Shown in pieces: positions 20,379 through 30,667 of a DNA stretch of 64,000 nt; within the stretch, counting starts at the first letter, position 1, and the number at the start of each line of letters is the position of its first letter. Both the position numbers and the translations under genes were made by a program. Source of the DNA: an uncultured Gammaproteobacteria bacterium (GTDB taxonomy: Bacteria > Patescibacteriota > Patescibacteriia > UBA2196). The DNA lies in the NCBI GenBank assembly GCA_964435065.1, contig CAYSXS010000001.1, forward strand, positions 20,538 through 84,537, written 5' to 3'. The notes beneath the pieces are model-generated. The model worked only from the letters and a program-made list of their open reading frames with translations, was not told the origin of the DNA and ran no database searches.

Positions 20379-21497
20379 ATGAAAAAAATTAAAGTAGCAT
20401 TTATTTCTGCGGGTTTAGGTTATGTCAATAGAGGAGTAGAAATTAAATACACAGAAATAGTTAAAGAACTTTCACAAAAACCAGATATGGAAATTAGTTT
20501 ATTTGGGTTGGGAAAAGATTTAAAAATTAAAAATGTTGATTTTTTTAAAATTTTTGGGTTTAAAAGAAAGTTTTTTACAAATTTTCCAAAAATCAAAAGA
20601 TTATATTTAAAACGTAATCATGACTATGAATCTTGTTTGTTTTCTATTTTGGTAATTCCATTTTTATTGTTTAAATCTTTTGATATAATTGTCTTTAGTT
20701 CTTTTCCTTTTAATTTGTTAGCATTAAAAATATATAGAAAAATAAGAAATTCAAAGGTTAAATTTGTTTATTTGACAGATGGTGGATCAGCTTTTACTGT
20801 TTCACGTCATGCAGAGGCAGATAAAGTGGTGGCTATAAATCCAGATTATAAAGAACTTTTTGGTAAAAAATTTGATTCGGTTCTAATCCCAAACGGTTTT
20901 AACAAAGAAATATTTTATCCAAGAAAAGATGTTGTACACGAAGATCTTAATTTGCCAAAAGATAAATTTATAATTTTTTCTTCTAGTGCTTTAGATAAGG
21001 TAAAAAGAATTGATTTCTTAATCAAAACTGTTAGTAAAATTCCAGATTCCCATCTTGTTATTGCTGGAAACGGAACAGAAGAAAATAATTTGAAACAAAG
21101 GAGTAAAGAATTAATGAATGAGAGTGTTACTTTTTTAGGATCAATTGATCAAGAAAAATTAGCACAGTATTATTCAATCGCAGATATTTTTGTACTCCCT
21201 TCATTGGTAGAACCATTTGGTATGGTTATTATTGAAGCAATGGCTTGTAAAACACCAGTTATTACAAATGATTCAAATACACAAAAGTGGATTGTTGGAG
21301 ATGGTGGAAGTTGTATTGATATGTCTAGTGAGGATAGATTAATTGAAGAAATTGAAAAATATCAAAATAAAGATTTTAATAAAGATATGGGAGAAAAGGC
21401 ATTCAAAAACGTTCATAATAGGTTTTTATGGAAAACAATAGCAGCAGATTATTACAAAGTTTTTAAAGAATTTAAGCAATTAGATGATTTAACCTAA
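20379..21497 (+). CDS. Glycosyltransferase family 4
   Basis: RGVE, IPNG, EPFGMVIIEAM. Confidence 0.92.
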   Translation: MKKIKVAFISAGLGYVNRGVEIKYTEIVKELSQKPDMEISLFGLGKDLKIKNVDFFKIFGFKRKFFTNFPKIKRLYLKRNHDYESCLFSILVIPFLLFKSFDIIVFSSFPFNLLALKIYRKIRNSKVKFVYLTDGGSAFTVSRHAEADKVVAINPDYKELFGKKFDSVLIPNGFNKEIFYPRKDVVHEDLNLPKDKFIIFSSSALDKVKRIDFLIKTVSKIPDSHLVIAGNGTEENNLKQRSKELMNESVTFLGSIDQEKLAQYYSIADIFVLPSLVEPFGMVIIEAMACKTPVITNDSNTQKWIVGDGGSCIDMSSEDRLIEEIEKYQNKDFNKDMGEKAFKNVHNRFLWKTIAADYYKVFKEFKQLDDLT

Positions 21498-21569
21498 TCT
21501 CAAAATAATTATGAGAGAAGATAAAGAAACAAACCTAAAGTATATTAATATTTTATGTTAAAAAAAGGA

Positions 21570-21614
21570 AAACAATCAAGATTTTGTACGGCAGATTTTG
21601 GTGGTGGATAACCA
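21570..21614 (+). repeat. Degenerate intergenic direct repeat, copy 1
   Basis: AAACAATCAAG-N9-GGCAGATTTTGGTGGTGGATAACCA. Confidence 0.7.
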
Positions 21615-21663
21615 TGGCAGATTTGCAGGCAGTTAAATAAAAACAGATTATAAATAGTGTTTT

Positions 21664-22473
21664 ATGAATAAAGAAAAAGAATTATTCAAATTCTATAATC
21701 AAAATAAAGAGTATTATTCCTTAATAGAAGATAGTCATAAGCAAGATAATACTTTCCCTATACATAAACAAATTATCAGAGGATGTAACAAAAAACAAGG
21801 TTTGATAGTGGATCTTGGTTGTGGGGTTGGTGTTGATATTTTTGGGATGTCAAGTAACGCAAATTTTTGTTTAGGAATGGATATTTCAAGTTTTGCAATC
21901 GCACAAGCGACACAAAACAAAGATCATAACAAAAATATTGAATTTAAGCAGGCGAATTTAGAAAAATTGCCATTAAAGGATAGTAGTGTTGACACCGTGA
22001 CATCTTTTTTTACATTTGAACATTTATTTAATCCAGAAAAAGTTTTGGATGAGGTTGATCGTGTATTGAAAAGTAAAGGTGAATTTTTTTTACTTTGTCC
22101 AAATTACGTTAGTCCGTTTCGGGGAGCACCTATTTTTGGTGGGGTTCATAAGCTAAAGGTCTTGTATAAGATGATGCTTTATTTGTGGCGCATGGTAAAT
22201 GTATCTCTGTTTAGAAAAAAAGATTTTAGAGTCAGGTTGATTGACTCAAATTTGATTGATCTGACAAAAATCGGTGAAGATTGGGACGCTGTCAATGAGC
22301 CTTCGGTCTTCGAATTTGTTCATTATTTTAGACGTAAAGGGTATTCTGTTGATTTTCAAACTTGGCTTTCTCCCGTAAAGAGTGGTGTTGAGAAGTTTTT
22401 TTCATATTTTAAGAAGATATTGGTTATAAAATATTGTGGACCAGTGTGTTATCTTCATGTAGTTAAGAAATAA
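21664..22473 (+). CDS. Class I SAM-dependent methyltransferase
   Basis: VDLGCG, MDIS, LPLKD, FEHL, RVLK. Confidence 0.9.
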   Translation: MNKEKELFKFYNQNKEYYSLIEDSHKQDNTFPIHKQIIRGCNKKQGLIVDLGCGVGVDIFGMSSNANFCLGMDISSFAIAQATQNKDHNKNIEFKQANLEKLPLKDSSVDTVTSFFTFEHLFNPEKVLDEVDRVLKSKGEFFLLCPNYVSPFRGAPIFGGVHKLKVLYKMMLYLWRMVNVSLFRKKDFRVRLIDSNLIDLTKIGEDWDAVNEPSVFEFVHYFRRKGYSVDFQTWLSPVKSGVEKFFSYFKKILVIKYCGPVCYLHVVKK

Positions 22474-22511
22474 TGGAGATTAGTTAATAAATTTTTTATA
22501 TCTAAAAAAAT

Positions 22512-22556
22512 AAACAACCAAGGGTGTATAAGGCAGATTTTGGTGGGGGATAACCA
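22512..22556 (+). repeat. Degenerate intergenic direct repeat, copy 2
   Basis: AAACAACCAAG-N9-GGCAGATTTTGGTGGGGGATAACCA; 24 of 25 core bases match copy 1. Confidence 0.7.
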
Positions 22557-22797
22557 AATAGGATTATTATAAGGTTTTTTAGGAAAAAGGTATAAGGATA
22601 ATGAGTATGCAAAAAACAATGGACAGCAAACAACCAGTAATGTTTTATTGGGAAGAAATAAGCAAAAAGTATTACCAGGTATTTAGAAGTTTTATTAATA
22701 GAAAAAAGAATAGTAATTTAAGGTAATTTAAAATTAATTTTATCAGAATCCGTTTTTAAAGTATTTTTCAAAATCTACAAGAAACTAAAAATTTTAT

Positions 22798-23598
22798 ATG
22801 AAAAAAAGGTTATTACAAACAATTAGAGAACAACTTGAATTAATTTTACCGGTTTTTGTTTTTGATTTAGTATTGAAAATATTTAGAAAACTCAAATTAA
22901 TTTTAAAATCGATTATCCCTGAATCTTTTTTTAAGATAGTTGGTAAAGTAAAACAAAGAATAATGTGTGAGTATGTTAATTTTAGATATAAAAACTATTC
23001 AAGTGATAAATTAGCAAAATTATATAATCAAGATTATCATAAAGTTTATATTAATAATTCTGATGAAATTGAACTTAAAAAATGGCAAGTAGTTGTTATT
23101 AAAAGAGCGATTCCAGAGTTAAAGAAAGTTTTAGTAGCTGGCTGTTCAGGTGGTGAATTAGTAAGAGCATTAAGAAATATAGGAATTGACGCGTATGGAT
23201 TTGATGTTTCACCTGATTTGGATAAAATAGCGATAAGTGAATTGCGAGCATACATTAAACAAGGAAATATTTTAAATATTCCTTTTTCTACAGATGATAA
23301 ATTCGATGCGTTTATAGCTGTTGATATATTTGAGCATATTCCAATGAATCAAGTGAACTATATGGTAAAAGAAATAGCGAGAATTAATGCGAAATATATG
23401 ATTACCATAATTAATCATTTTGACTATATGCATCTTGGTCATATAACTATGAAACCATTGCTATGGTGGCAAAGAAAATTTAGAAATTATTATGAAATAA
23501 ATGAAAATATAAATTTTTCAAGAGAAGAAGTGCCATTGCTTTATTCTATTAATAATGATTCGGAACATAAATTTCTTTTTTGGGAAAGGGTCCAATAA
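22798..23598 (+). CDS. Class I SAM-dependent methyltransferase
   Basis: VLVAGCSGG, GFDVS, DIFEHI, GHIT.K...WW. Start uncertain. Confidence 0.82.
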   Translation: MKKRLLQTIREQLELILPVFVFDLVLKIFRKLKLILKSIIPESFFKIVGKVKQRIMCEYVNFRYKNYSSDKLAKLYNQDYHKVYINNSDEIELKKWQVVVIKRAIPELKKVLVAGCSGGELVRALRNIGIDAYGFDVSPDLDKIAISELRAYIKQGNILNIPFSTDDKFDAFIAVDIFEHIPMNQVNYMVKEIARINAKYMITIINHFDYMHLGHITMKPLLWWQRKFRNYYEINENINFSREEVPLLYSINNDSEHKFLFWERVQ

Positions 23599-23601
23599 TG
23601 C

Positions 23602-24837
23602 ATGTCTAAAGATAATAAACAATTAAAAATTTTGATGTTAACTCATCTTTACTCAAACACATTTCCTGGTGGTGAAACCAGGGCGGCTTGGGAATTTACT
23701 CAAGAGTTGGCTGAAGAGGGTTTAAAAATATATGTAGTAACTACAACAGCTAAAATAGAAAATGTTAAGTTGCATAAAAACATAAAGGTGTATAGGATAC
23801 CTTTTTCAACGCAGTCCAGAAATTTTAGTAAGTTAGATGCTTTTAAAACTTTTTTTTATTCTTTACCAATTATTTTGTTTAAAAGAATTGATATTATTCA
23901 TTTAATCAACACACAAAGCCCGCATCCGTTTGCTTACTTTAAAATAAGACCATATGTTTCTACAGTTGATTTACATTGGAAATATGAGGATAAGAGGTTT
24001 AATAATGATTTAATGTATGATCGTAAACTTAAAAAAGAAGAGTTTGGTTTAGATGAGCAAAAGATGAATTTATTTGATAGGGTTTTAAATAGATTAACTG
24101 TGTATTTTTTTAAATGGTTTAAAATGGGTGAACCTTTGCCTAAAACAGTTGATTTGTGTGCCTATAGACATACAAAATTATTAGAAGGCTTACAACAAAC
24201 AAATCCAGAATCAAGAAAAGTTCATATACCGGTTGGAGCACATACTAATAAGTTTAAACCACAAGACATGCAAGAAAGACATTCAAGCAAAGACACGGTT
24301 TTTTTCTTCGCAGGTACTATTGCAAAAAGAAAAGGTGTGGAGTTTTTGGTTGAAGCTTTTAATTTATTAAATGAAGAAAACGAAGACGTCAAACTATTAT
24401 TGGCTGGGCCAGGTGCACCACAAACAGTTGAATTTATTAAGAATTTGATTAAAAATAAAGACAATGTTAAGCTTTTGGGACAGCTTTCAGCAGATGAATT
24501 AATACATTATTATAACTTAGCAGATGTTTTTGTAGCACCTTCGATCGGAATTGACCTAGGAATTAATAGAGTTGTTATTGAAGCAATGTCTTGTGGAACA
24601 CCAGTTATTATTAATAAAGCTCATGATTCATTGCCTTTGGATGGTAAAACAGGATATTGTGTAGATGGTGGAGATGTTGTTGGTATTAAGGAAGCAATGG
24701 AAAAGTTTATTAAAGATAAAAACTTAATTAAAGAAATGGGTGATAATGCAAGAGAATTTGTTTTAGAGAATCATGGTTGGGGTATTTTAGCTAAAAGATT
24801 AAAAAAATCATATATAGACCTTTTAAAAAATCCATAG
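23602..24837 (+). CDS. Glycosyltransferase family 4
   Basis: PGGE, AGTIAKRKG, VVIEAMSCGTP. Confidence 0.9.
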   Translation: MSKDNKQLKILMLTHLYSNTFPGGETRAAWEFTQELAEEGLKIYVVTTTAKIENVKLHKNIKVYRIPFSTQSRNFSKLDAFKTFFYSLPIILFKRIDIIHLINTQSPHPFAYFKIRPYVSTVDLHWKYEDKRFNNDLMYDRKLKKEEFGLDEQKMNLFDRVLNRLTVYFFKWFKMGEPLPKTVDLCAYRHTKLLEGLQQTNPESRKVHIPVGAHTNKFKPQDMQERHSSKDTVFFFAGTIAKRKGVEFLVEAFNLLNEENEDVKLLLAGPGAPQTVEFIKNLIKNKDNVKLLGQLSADELIHYYNLADVFVAPSIGIDLGINRVVIEAMSCGTPVIINKAHDSLPLDGKTGYCVDGGDVVGIKEAMEKFIKDKNLIKEMGDNAREFVLENHGWGILAKRLKKSYIDLLKNP

Positions 24838-24852
24838 ACAGAGGAGGAAACA

Positions 24853-26064
24853 ATGTTGAAAGTATTGATTGTCAGTTTGAGGAGTCCTTTTTTGGATTCC
24901 GATAAGGTTTTTCCTCATTTGGCTATATTGTATTTAAAAGCAGTGCTGGATAAGGAAGGAATAGAAAATCAACTTGAGGATAGTTTTGATTTTAATAACC
25001 CTCAAAAATATTCTGGTTTTACTCATTTTGCAATATCTGCTTTATCTTCCCAAATGTTAGAGGCAGATAAAATTCTTGATTTTAAAGAAAAATATTTTCC
25101 AAATATTAAAATAATTTTAGGTGGCCCTGCCTCAACATTCTATTTGGATGAATGTCGAGGGAAATCCTATGATTATTTAGTGGTCGGAGATGGAGAAAAA
25201 GCTATTTTAGAAATTTTATATGATCAAACAGGAAGAATAGTTCAAGACCAAATGACAAGAGATGAAATGAATTTGATGCCAATACCTTTTAGATCAGCAG
25301 AGTTTTTAAATAAGTATGTGTATCATCTTGACAAAGTTCGTGTTACAACTGTGATGACGTCAAGGGGTTGTCCATTTGGATGCGATTTTTGTGAGCACGC
25401 TAGAACAAAAGTTAGGTTATGTACACTAGAGCATATTGAACAAGAGATTATTAATATTAAAGAAATTGGTTTTGGTGGGATTATGTTTTTTGACGATTTG
25501 TTTGCTATGACACTAAAAAGAGTAAAAGATATTGGTCCTATTATTAAAAAACATAACATGATTTTTAGGTGTTTTGGTCATTCTAACACTATGACAGAGG
25601 AAATAGCAGAAACTCTTGCAGACAATGGATGTAAAGAAATAGGTGTTGGGTTTGAAAGTGGTGCACAATCTATTTTGGATGCTGTAAAACACCCAAGAAC
25701 AACTATTGATAAAAATTTAGATTTTGTTAAACTTTGTCATAAGTTTGGTATACGTGTAAAATCTTTTTTTGTTCTAGGTTTGCCCGGCGAAACTGCTGAG
25801 ACAGCCTTGTTAACAGAAAAATTTATCGAAGATTCAGGTGTTGATGATTTTGATTTAGCTGTTTATTATCCTTATCGAGGAACCAGGATAAGAGATAAAA
25901 TGGAAGAATATGATTTAACTTTTGTTGGTAATGGTGAGGAGAATGCAGTTGGTTACTATAAAGGATATGGTGGACATGCAGAAGCCATTATTAACACCTC
26001 TGCTTTATCTGCAGGAGAGATTGTAGCAATAAAAGACAGGATTTTTGAGAAGTATAAGAAATAA
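24853..26064 (+). CDS. Cobalamin-binding radical SAM protein
   Basis: N-terminal B12-binding-like domain (LGGP, GDGE), TSRGCPFGCDFC, FFDD, GFESG, GLPGET. Confidence 0.9.
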   Translation: MLKVLIVSLRSPFLDSDKVFPHLAILYLKAVLDKEGIENQLEDSFDFNNPQKYSGFTHFAISALSSQMLEADKILDFKEKYFPNIKIILGGPASTFYLDECRGKSYDYLVVGDGEKAILEILYDQTGRIVQDQMTRDEMNLMPIPFRSAEFLNKYVYHLDKVRVTTVMTSRGCPFGCDFCEHARTKVRLCTLEHIEQEIINIKEIGFGGIMFFDDLFAMTLKRVKDIGPIIKKHNMIFRCFGHSNTMTEEIAETLADNGCKEIGVGFESGAQSILDAVKHPRTTIDKNLDFVKLCHKFGIRVKSFFVLGLPGETAETALLTEKFIEDSGVDDFDLAVYYPYRGTRIRDKMEEYDLTFVGNGEENAVGYYKGYGGHAEAIINTSALSAGEIVAIKDRIFEKYKK

Positions 26065-26074
26065 TAAGTTTATT

Positions 26075-26101
26075 TGTCCCACAATATTCAATTGTGGGGC
26101 A
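26075..26101 (+). terminator. Hairpin, probable terminator
   Basis: TCCCACAAT-ATTCA-ATTGTGGGG followed by T-rich sequence. Confidence 0.6.
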
Positions 26102-26148
26102 TATTTATTTTCTTGATTTTATAGTCAAAATCATGGTTTAATTAAGAT

Positions 26149-27237
26149 ATGATAAATATATTAAAAAACATTAAAAACCTATATAGAGCCTATGATAAAA
26201 TGTTAATAGTTCATTTTATTAAACATCTATTTAATAGGTCTTGGCCTCCATATGGTTTAATCCTCTATGTTACTAATAGATGCAACAGCCGTTGCATCAT
26301 GTGTTTTAATTGGAAAATTTTAAATAAAGATTTACAGAATGAATTAACTTTAGAAGAAATAGATAAATTTACAAAAAAAATTGGGAAATTAAAATCAGTT
26401 GGTTTGGGTGGCGGAGAGCCGTCTTTAAGATCTGATTTACCAGAAATTGTTAATTTATTTGTTAAAAACAACAAAGCATCGGTTGTTTTTATTGCTTTTA
26501 ATTCTTTATTACCTGACAGGACTGCAGAACAAGTAGAAGCAATTTTTAAAAAATCACCTGATGTTAGTTTAAAAATTGGTTTATCATTAGATGGGGTAGG
26601 TGATGTTCATGATAAAGTACGTGGTGTTGAAGGTAATTTTGAAAAGTTTTTACAGACATATAAAAAACTGGATGATTTAAAAAAGAAATACCCAAGGTTA
26701 AGAACTAGAATTTGTACTACAGTTTTAAACCAAAATCTTAGTAATATACCAGAATTAATTGAATATGCAAAAGAAAATCTTAAATCAAGTTTTCATGGTT
26801 TAGAATTAGTTAAGGGTAGTGTCCCACAAGCAGACACAAAAGGGTTGGATCTTGAGGAGTATGAGAAAGTAATTAAATCAATTGAAGAAAACGAAAAGGA
26901 TAGTAAAAATATTTATAGAAGGATAATTAATCCACTTTACCAGAAGATGTGTGTTTATGTTTTAAAGCATAAGAAACAGGTCGTACCTTGTAGGATGTCA
27001 AGCTTTATGCCAGTCATTGATGCCCAAGGTAATGTGTATCCTTGTGAGGGTAGAGGAAAAATTGGAAATTTACGTGAAGCAAATTATGATTTAAAAAATA
27101 TTTGGCAATCAGATGGTGCAAAAACTGAAAGAAAGAAAATTAAGCAAGAAAAGTGTTTTTGTACACATTCAGTTTATCAAATTCCAAATGTATATATGAG
27201 TCCTAAAATGTTGTTAAAAATAATTTTTAGTAAATAG
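26149..27237 (+). CDS. Radical SAM protein with SPASM/twitch domain
   Basis: VTNRCNSRCIMC, GGGEP, SLDG..HDKVRG, GNVYPCE..IGNL, C-terminal CFC. Confidence 0.9.
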   Translation: MINILKNIKNLYRAYDKMLIVHFIKHLFNRSWPPYGLILYVTNRCNSRCIMCFNWKILNKDLQNELTLEEIDKFTKKIGKLKSVGLGGGEPSLRSDLPEIVNLFVKNNKASVVFIAFNSLLPDRTAEQVEAIFKKSPDVSLKIGLSLDGVGDVHDKVRGVEGNFEKFLQTYKKLDDLKKKYPRLRTRICTTVLNQNLSNIPELIEYAKENLKSSFHGLELVKGSVPQADTKGLDLEEYEKVIKSIEENEKDSKNIYRRIINPLYQKMCVYVLKHKKQVVPCRMSSFMPVIDAQGNVYPCEGRGKIGNLREANYDLKNIWQSDGAKTERKKIKQEKCFCTHSVYQIPNVYMSPKMLLKIIFSK

Positions 27238-27238
27238 T

Positions 27239-28171
27239 ATGTATTTAAGTGTTGTTATCCCAACTCATAATAGGAAAGATTGTTGTAAAGAAGTTTTGCT
27301 ATCTTTTAATAATCAAAACTTTAAAGATTTTGAAATAGTAGTTATTGATGATGGCTCAAAAGAGTGTATTGAGGACATGATAAATAATTTAGAAGTATCT
27401 TTTCCTATACGTTTTGTTCGTCAAGAAAATTTAGGACAAGGCTCAGCTAGGAATTTAGGCATTAAAAATTCTCAAGGGGAAATAATCTTTTTTATAGACG
27501 ATGATTGTATTCCAGTCGACCCAGATCTCTTAAGAATACACGCAGAAGCCCATAAAAATGCTAATAACAACAAGGCAGTATTTTTGGGCTTAACTATATT
27601 ACATCCATCTATAAAAATTACACCTTTTGTTAAATATATTGATGGTTATCATTTGGCATATGATAAAATAACAGACCCAAATAATGTGCCTCCAGGATGT
27701 TTCTATACAGACAATGTTTCTGTTAGTAAAGAGTTTTTAATTCAATCGGGCATGTTTGATGAAGGGTTTTTCCCTAATGCAGCATATGAGGATGGGGAAT
27801 TAGGTTATCGTTTGCATAAAAATGGTATGAAAATGTCTTTTATTCCTGAAGCAAAAGTATGGCACAATAACCATATAACATTTAAGTCATACCCACATGA
27901 TATGTGGAAAAGAGGTTATTGGTCTGTACGTTTAGCTGAAAAAGTTCCAGAGTTGAAATATAAGACAAATATAAATGAAACAAAGAATATTTTTAAATTA
28001 ATTTTAAAAAGAATCATTTTTAATAAAGTCATTATGAATTTCTGTGTTAAAGTAATAAGTTTTCTTGATAAAAACAATATAAAAATTCCAATAGTTGTTT
28101 ACAGGAAAGTGTTAGATTTTTATAAAATACGAGGAATTAAAGATTATAAAAAAGAAAAAGGATTAATATGA
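27239..28171 (+). CDS. Glycosyltransferase family 2
   Basis: SVVIPTHNR, IDDGS, ARN.G, FIDDD, FDE.F..YED.ELGYR. Confidence 0.92.
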   Translation: MYLSVVIPTHNRKDCCKEVLLSFNNQNFKDFEIVVIDDGSKECIEDMINNLEVSFPIRFVRQENLGQGSARNLGIKNSQGEIIFFIDDDCIPVDPDLLRIHAEAHKNANNNKAVFLGLTILHPSIKITPFVKYIDGYHLAYDKITDPNNVPPGCFYTDNVSVSKEFLIQSGMFDEGFFPNAAYEDGELGYRLHKNGMKMSFIPEAKVWHNNHITFKSYPHDMWKRGYWSVRLAEKVPELKYKTNINETKNIFKLILKRIIFNKVIMNFCVKVISFLDKNNIKIPIVVYRKVLDFYKIRGIKDYKKEKGLI

Positions 28172-29094
28172 ACGATCAGCCTAAAATTTCTATTATCATA
28201 GCAAACTATAATGGGCAAGAGTTTTTGGCTGATTGTTTAGAATCAATTTTAAAATCTGATTATTCAGATTTTGAAGTTATCTTGGTTGATAATAACTCTA
28301 CCGACGATTCAGTAGAAATAATTAGAAATCAATTTCCTCAGGCAAAACTCATTATTAATAAAAAGAACTTAGGTTTTTCTAGAGCTAATAATATTGGTAT
28401 AGAACAGGCAAGCGGGGATGCTTATTTATTAATAAACAATGATACAATAATAAAACCTGATTTAGTTAAAGTTTTAAGCAATGAATTGTTTAGTTCAGAA
28501 AAAATAGGGATTGTTGGCCCAAAGATTTATTTCTTAGAAAAAGGGAAAGATTTAGAAAACCAAAAAACTATTTGGTTTGCTGGTGGTAAAATTGATTGGC
28601 AAAAAGCCAAAAGTTGGCATATTAGTAGAAATAAAGATGATTACAAAGATGAAAAAAAAGAAGTAGATTTTATTACAGGATGTACTTTAATGATAAAAAA
28701 AGAAGTTGTTGAAAAAATTGGGCTACTTGAAAAAAAGTTTTTTGCCTACTATGAAGATGCTGATTGGTGTCAACGAGCAAAAAAAGCAGGTTACAAGGTA
28801 TTATATATACCTTTTGGTGGTGTATGGCATTTAAAGTCAGCTACAGCTAGTCGTCACATTTTTAATAAAAATAGTAGTAAGATAAAGATTGTCTTGGAAT
28901 ATCTTAGTAATCTTAACCGTTTAAAATATAATCAATGGCGTAATCGTTTTATTTTTTATATACGTTGGCAGCCTAGAAAATATTTATTTAGATTTTTAAT
29001 AGATTTTATAATTTTAAAAACACCAATTTTTATTTATTCGATTTTGGTTCTAAGTCCAATTTCTTTAATTAAAATAGTTAAAAATCATTTATGA
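28168..29094 (+). CDS. Glycosyltransferase family 2 (rhamnosyltransferase-like)
   Basis: VDNNSTD, NLGF..ANN.G, NND, YYEDADW. Confidence 0.9.
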   Translation: MNDQPKISIIIANYNGQEFLADCLESILKSDYSDFEVILVDNNSTDDSVEIIRNQFPQAKLIINKKNLGFSRANNIGIEQASGDAYLLINNDTIIKPDLVKVLSNELFSSEKIGIVGPKIYFLEKGKDLENQKTIWFAGGKIDWQKAKSWHISRNKDDYKDEKKEVDFITGCTLMIKKEVVEKIGLLEKKFFAYYEDADWCQRAKKAGYKVLYIPFGGVWHLKSATASRHIFNKNSSKIKIVLEYLSNLNRLKYNQWRNRFIFYIRWQPRKYLFRFLIDFIILKTPIFIYSILVLSPISLIKIVKNHL

Positions 29095-30659
29095 ATAAAA
29101 AAATTAAAATTTTACTTATTGTTTTAGTTTTATTTGTAGTATCGATGGCTGTTCATTATTATCCTGTTTACAAAAAAGATTACAGTTTTGGGTTTAATGG
29201 TGGAAATTTAATTTTAGCTCGCAATTTTGCTGAAACAGGTCAGTTTAATTTAGAAAGTCCAGAAAATGTTATTTTAAACAGTCAGTTATCGGCTGAGGAG
29301 GGAATGTATTATAATCCAGGAAATGAATTGACTTATATAATATATGGTAATATTTTTAAATATTTTGGCTTTCAGAAAAATTTAGCTTTGTATTTATCAA
29401 TTTTACTATGGGCATTGAGTGGAACGATTTTATTTTTCTTAGTTAAGAAGTTATTTAATTTAAAAACAGCAATAATCTTTGGTGTAGTTACTATTTTTCT
29501 GCCATTTATTTTACAGGGGGTATTAATAAGTGGTTTTTATGAATGGGCGATTTTGTTTTTTTCTATTGCTTTGTTTTTGTTTTTTAATATAAAGGAAAAG
29601 TTTTTTTGGCTTAATCTCATATTAGCCGGTATATTTTTTAGTTTAGCGGTTTTATGTAGAAATGTTTTTGTTGTTTCAGTTATACCGTTTGTTATATATG
29701 AATTTTATCGTCATAGATCAATTAAGAAACTACTTTATTTATTATTACCAATTATATTGATTTTAGGTATTTTTTTTGGTAGTACAATAGTAAGTGGGCA
29801 AAAGAGTGACTATTTATCCAAAGAGGATTCAAATTTCTCTAATTATAGTCATCTTTATCCGGATCCATATACTTTTCATTTTGAAAAAGAAGAGTACCTT
29901 GAAACAATACAAGGTACTTCAAATTCAATGTTTTCTGAATATTTACTTAAGTATGACCAAAAGGTTAGTTTAAAGAATCAAATTATTATGTATTTTGCTT
30001 CAATTAAATTTTACCCTAAGGAATTTATTAAATTAATAATATCAGGTGGACCATTAATTATATTATTAATGTTTTTGGGCATATATTATTTATTTAAAAA
30101 AGACAAGAGATTGTTTAAATTGTTTATGTTGTGGTTTGTTGTTTGGTATGTTTTATTAGTTATTTTAAAAACAAATAACTGGGATCATTTTCTTGAGTTA
30201 AGTTGGCCTATAGGATTATTAATTGCATTAGGGATATATTATTTATTTGATTTTATTTGTAAATTAGAGATAAAAAAGAATTTTAAGTATCTAGCACTTG
30301 TTTTAATAAGTTTATGTATAATCTTACATTTTATGCAGGCTAATAAATGGATGTTGCATGAAGAATATAATACTTCAAATATAGACACTGTTATGGCACT
30401 TGTACCGTTTATTGATAATGCAGATATTGGGAACAAGGATGTTGTTGTTACTAGCCATCACCCAGGAACACCATTGATACTTAATTATTATACTAATAAG
30501 AATTTTATATATTTTCATACTGAGACAATAAAAAAACTGCTAGCCGAAGAAAGCTTACAGTCTGCTTTTCAAAAGTTTGGGGTAACTCACATTGTTGGAT
30601 TTGATAATGATTTAAGTAATCAAATATATACTCAAACTTCTGTAAATATAATTAAATAG
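29091..30659 (+). CDS. GT-C fold membrane glycosyltransferase-like protein
   Basis: Multi-TM with external loop and C-terminal domain; operon context. Confidence 0.65.
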   Translation: MNKKIKILLIVLVLFVVSMAVHYYPVYKKDYSFGFNGGNLILARNFAETGQFNLESPENVILNSQLSAEEGMYYNPGNELTYIIYGNIFKYFGFQKNLALYLSILLWALSGTILFFLVKKLFNLKTAIIFGVVTIFLPFILQGVLISGFYEWAILFFSIALFLFFNIKEKFFWLNLILAGIFFSLAVLCRNVFVVSVIPFVIYEFYRHRSIKKLLYLLLPIILILGIFFGSTIVSGQKSDYLSKEDSNFSNYSHLYPDPYTFHFEKEEYLETIQGTSNSMFSEYLLKYDQKVSLKNQIIMYFASIKFYPKEFIKLIISGGPLIILLMFLGIYYLFKKDKRLFKLFMLWFVVWYVLLVILKTNNWDHFLELSWPIGLLIALGIYYLFDFICKLEIKKNFKYLALVLISLCIILHFMQANKWMLHEEYNTSNIDTVMALVPFIDNADIGNKDVVVTSHHPGTPLILNYYTNKNFIYFHTETIKKLLAEESLQSAFQKFGVTHIVGFDNDLSNQIYTQTSVNIIK

Positions 30660-30667
30660 TTATATCC

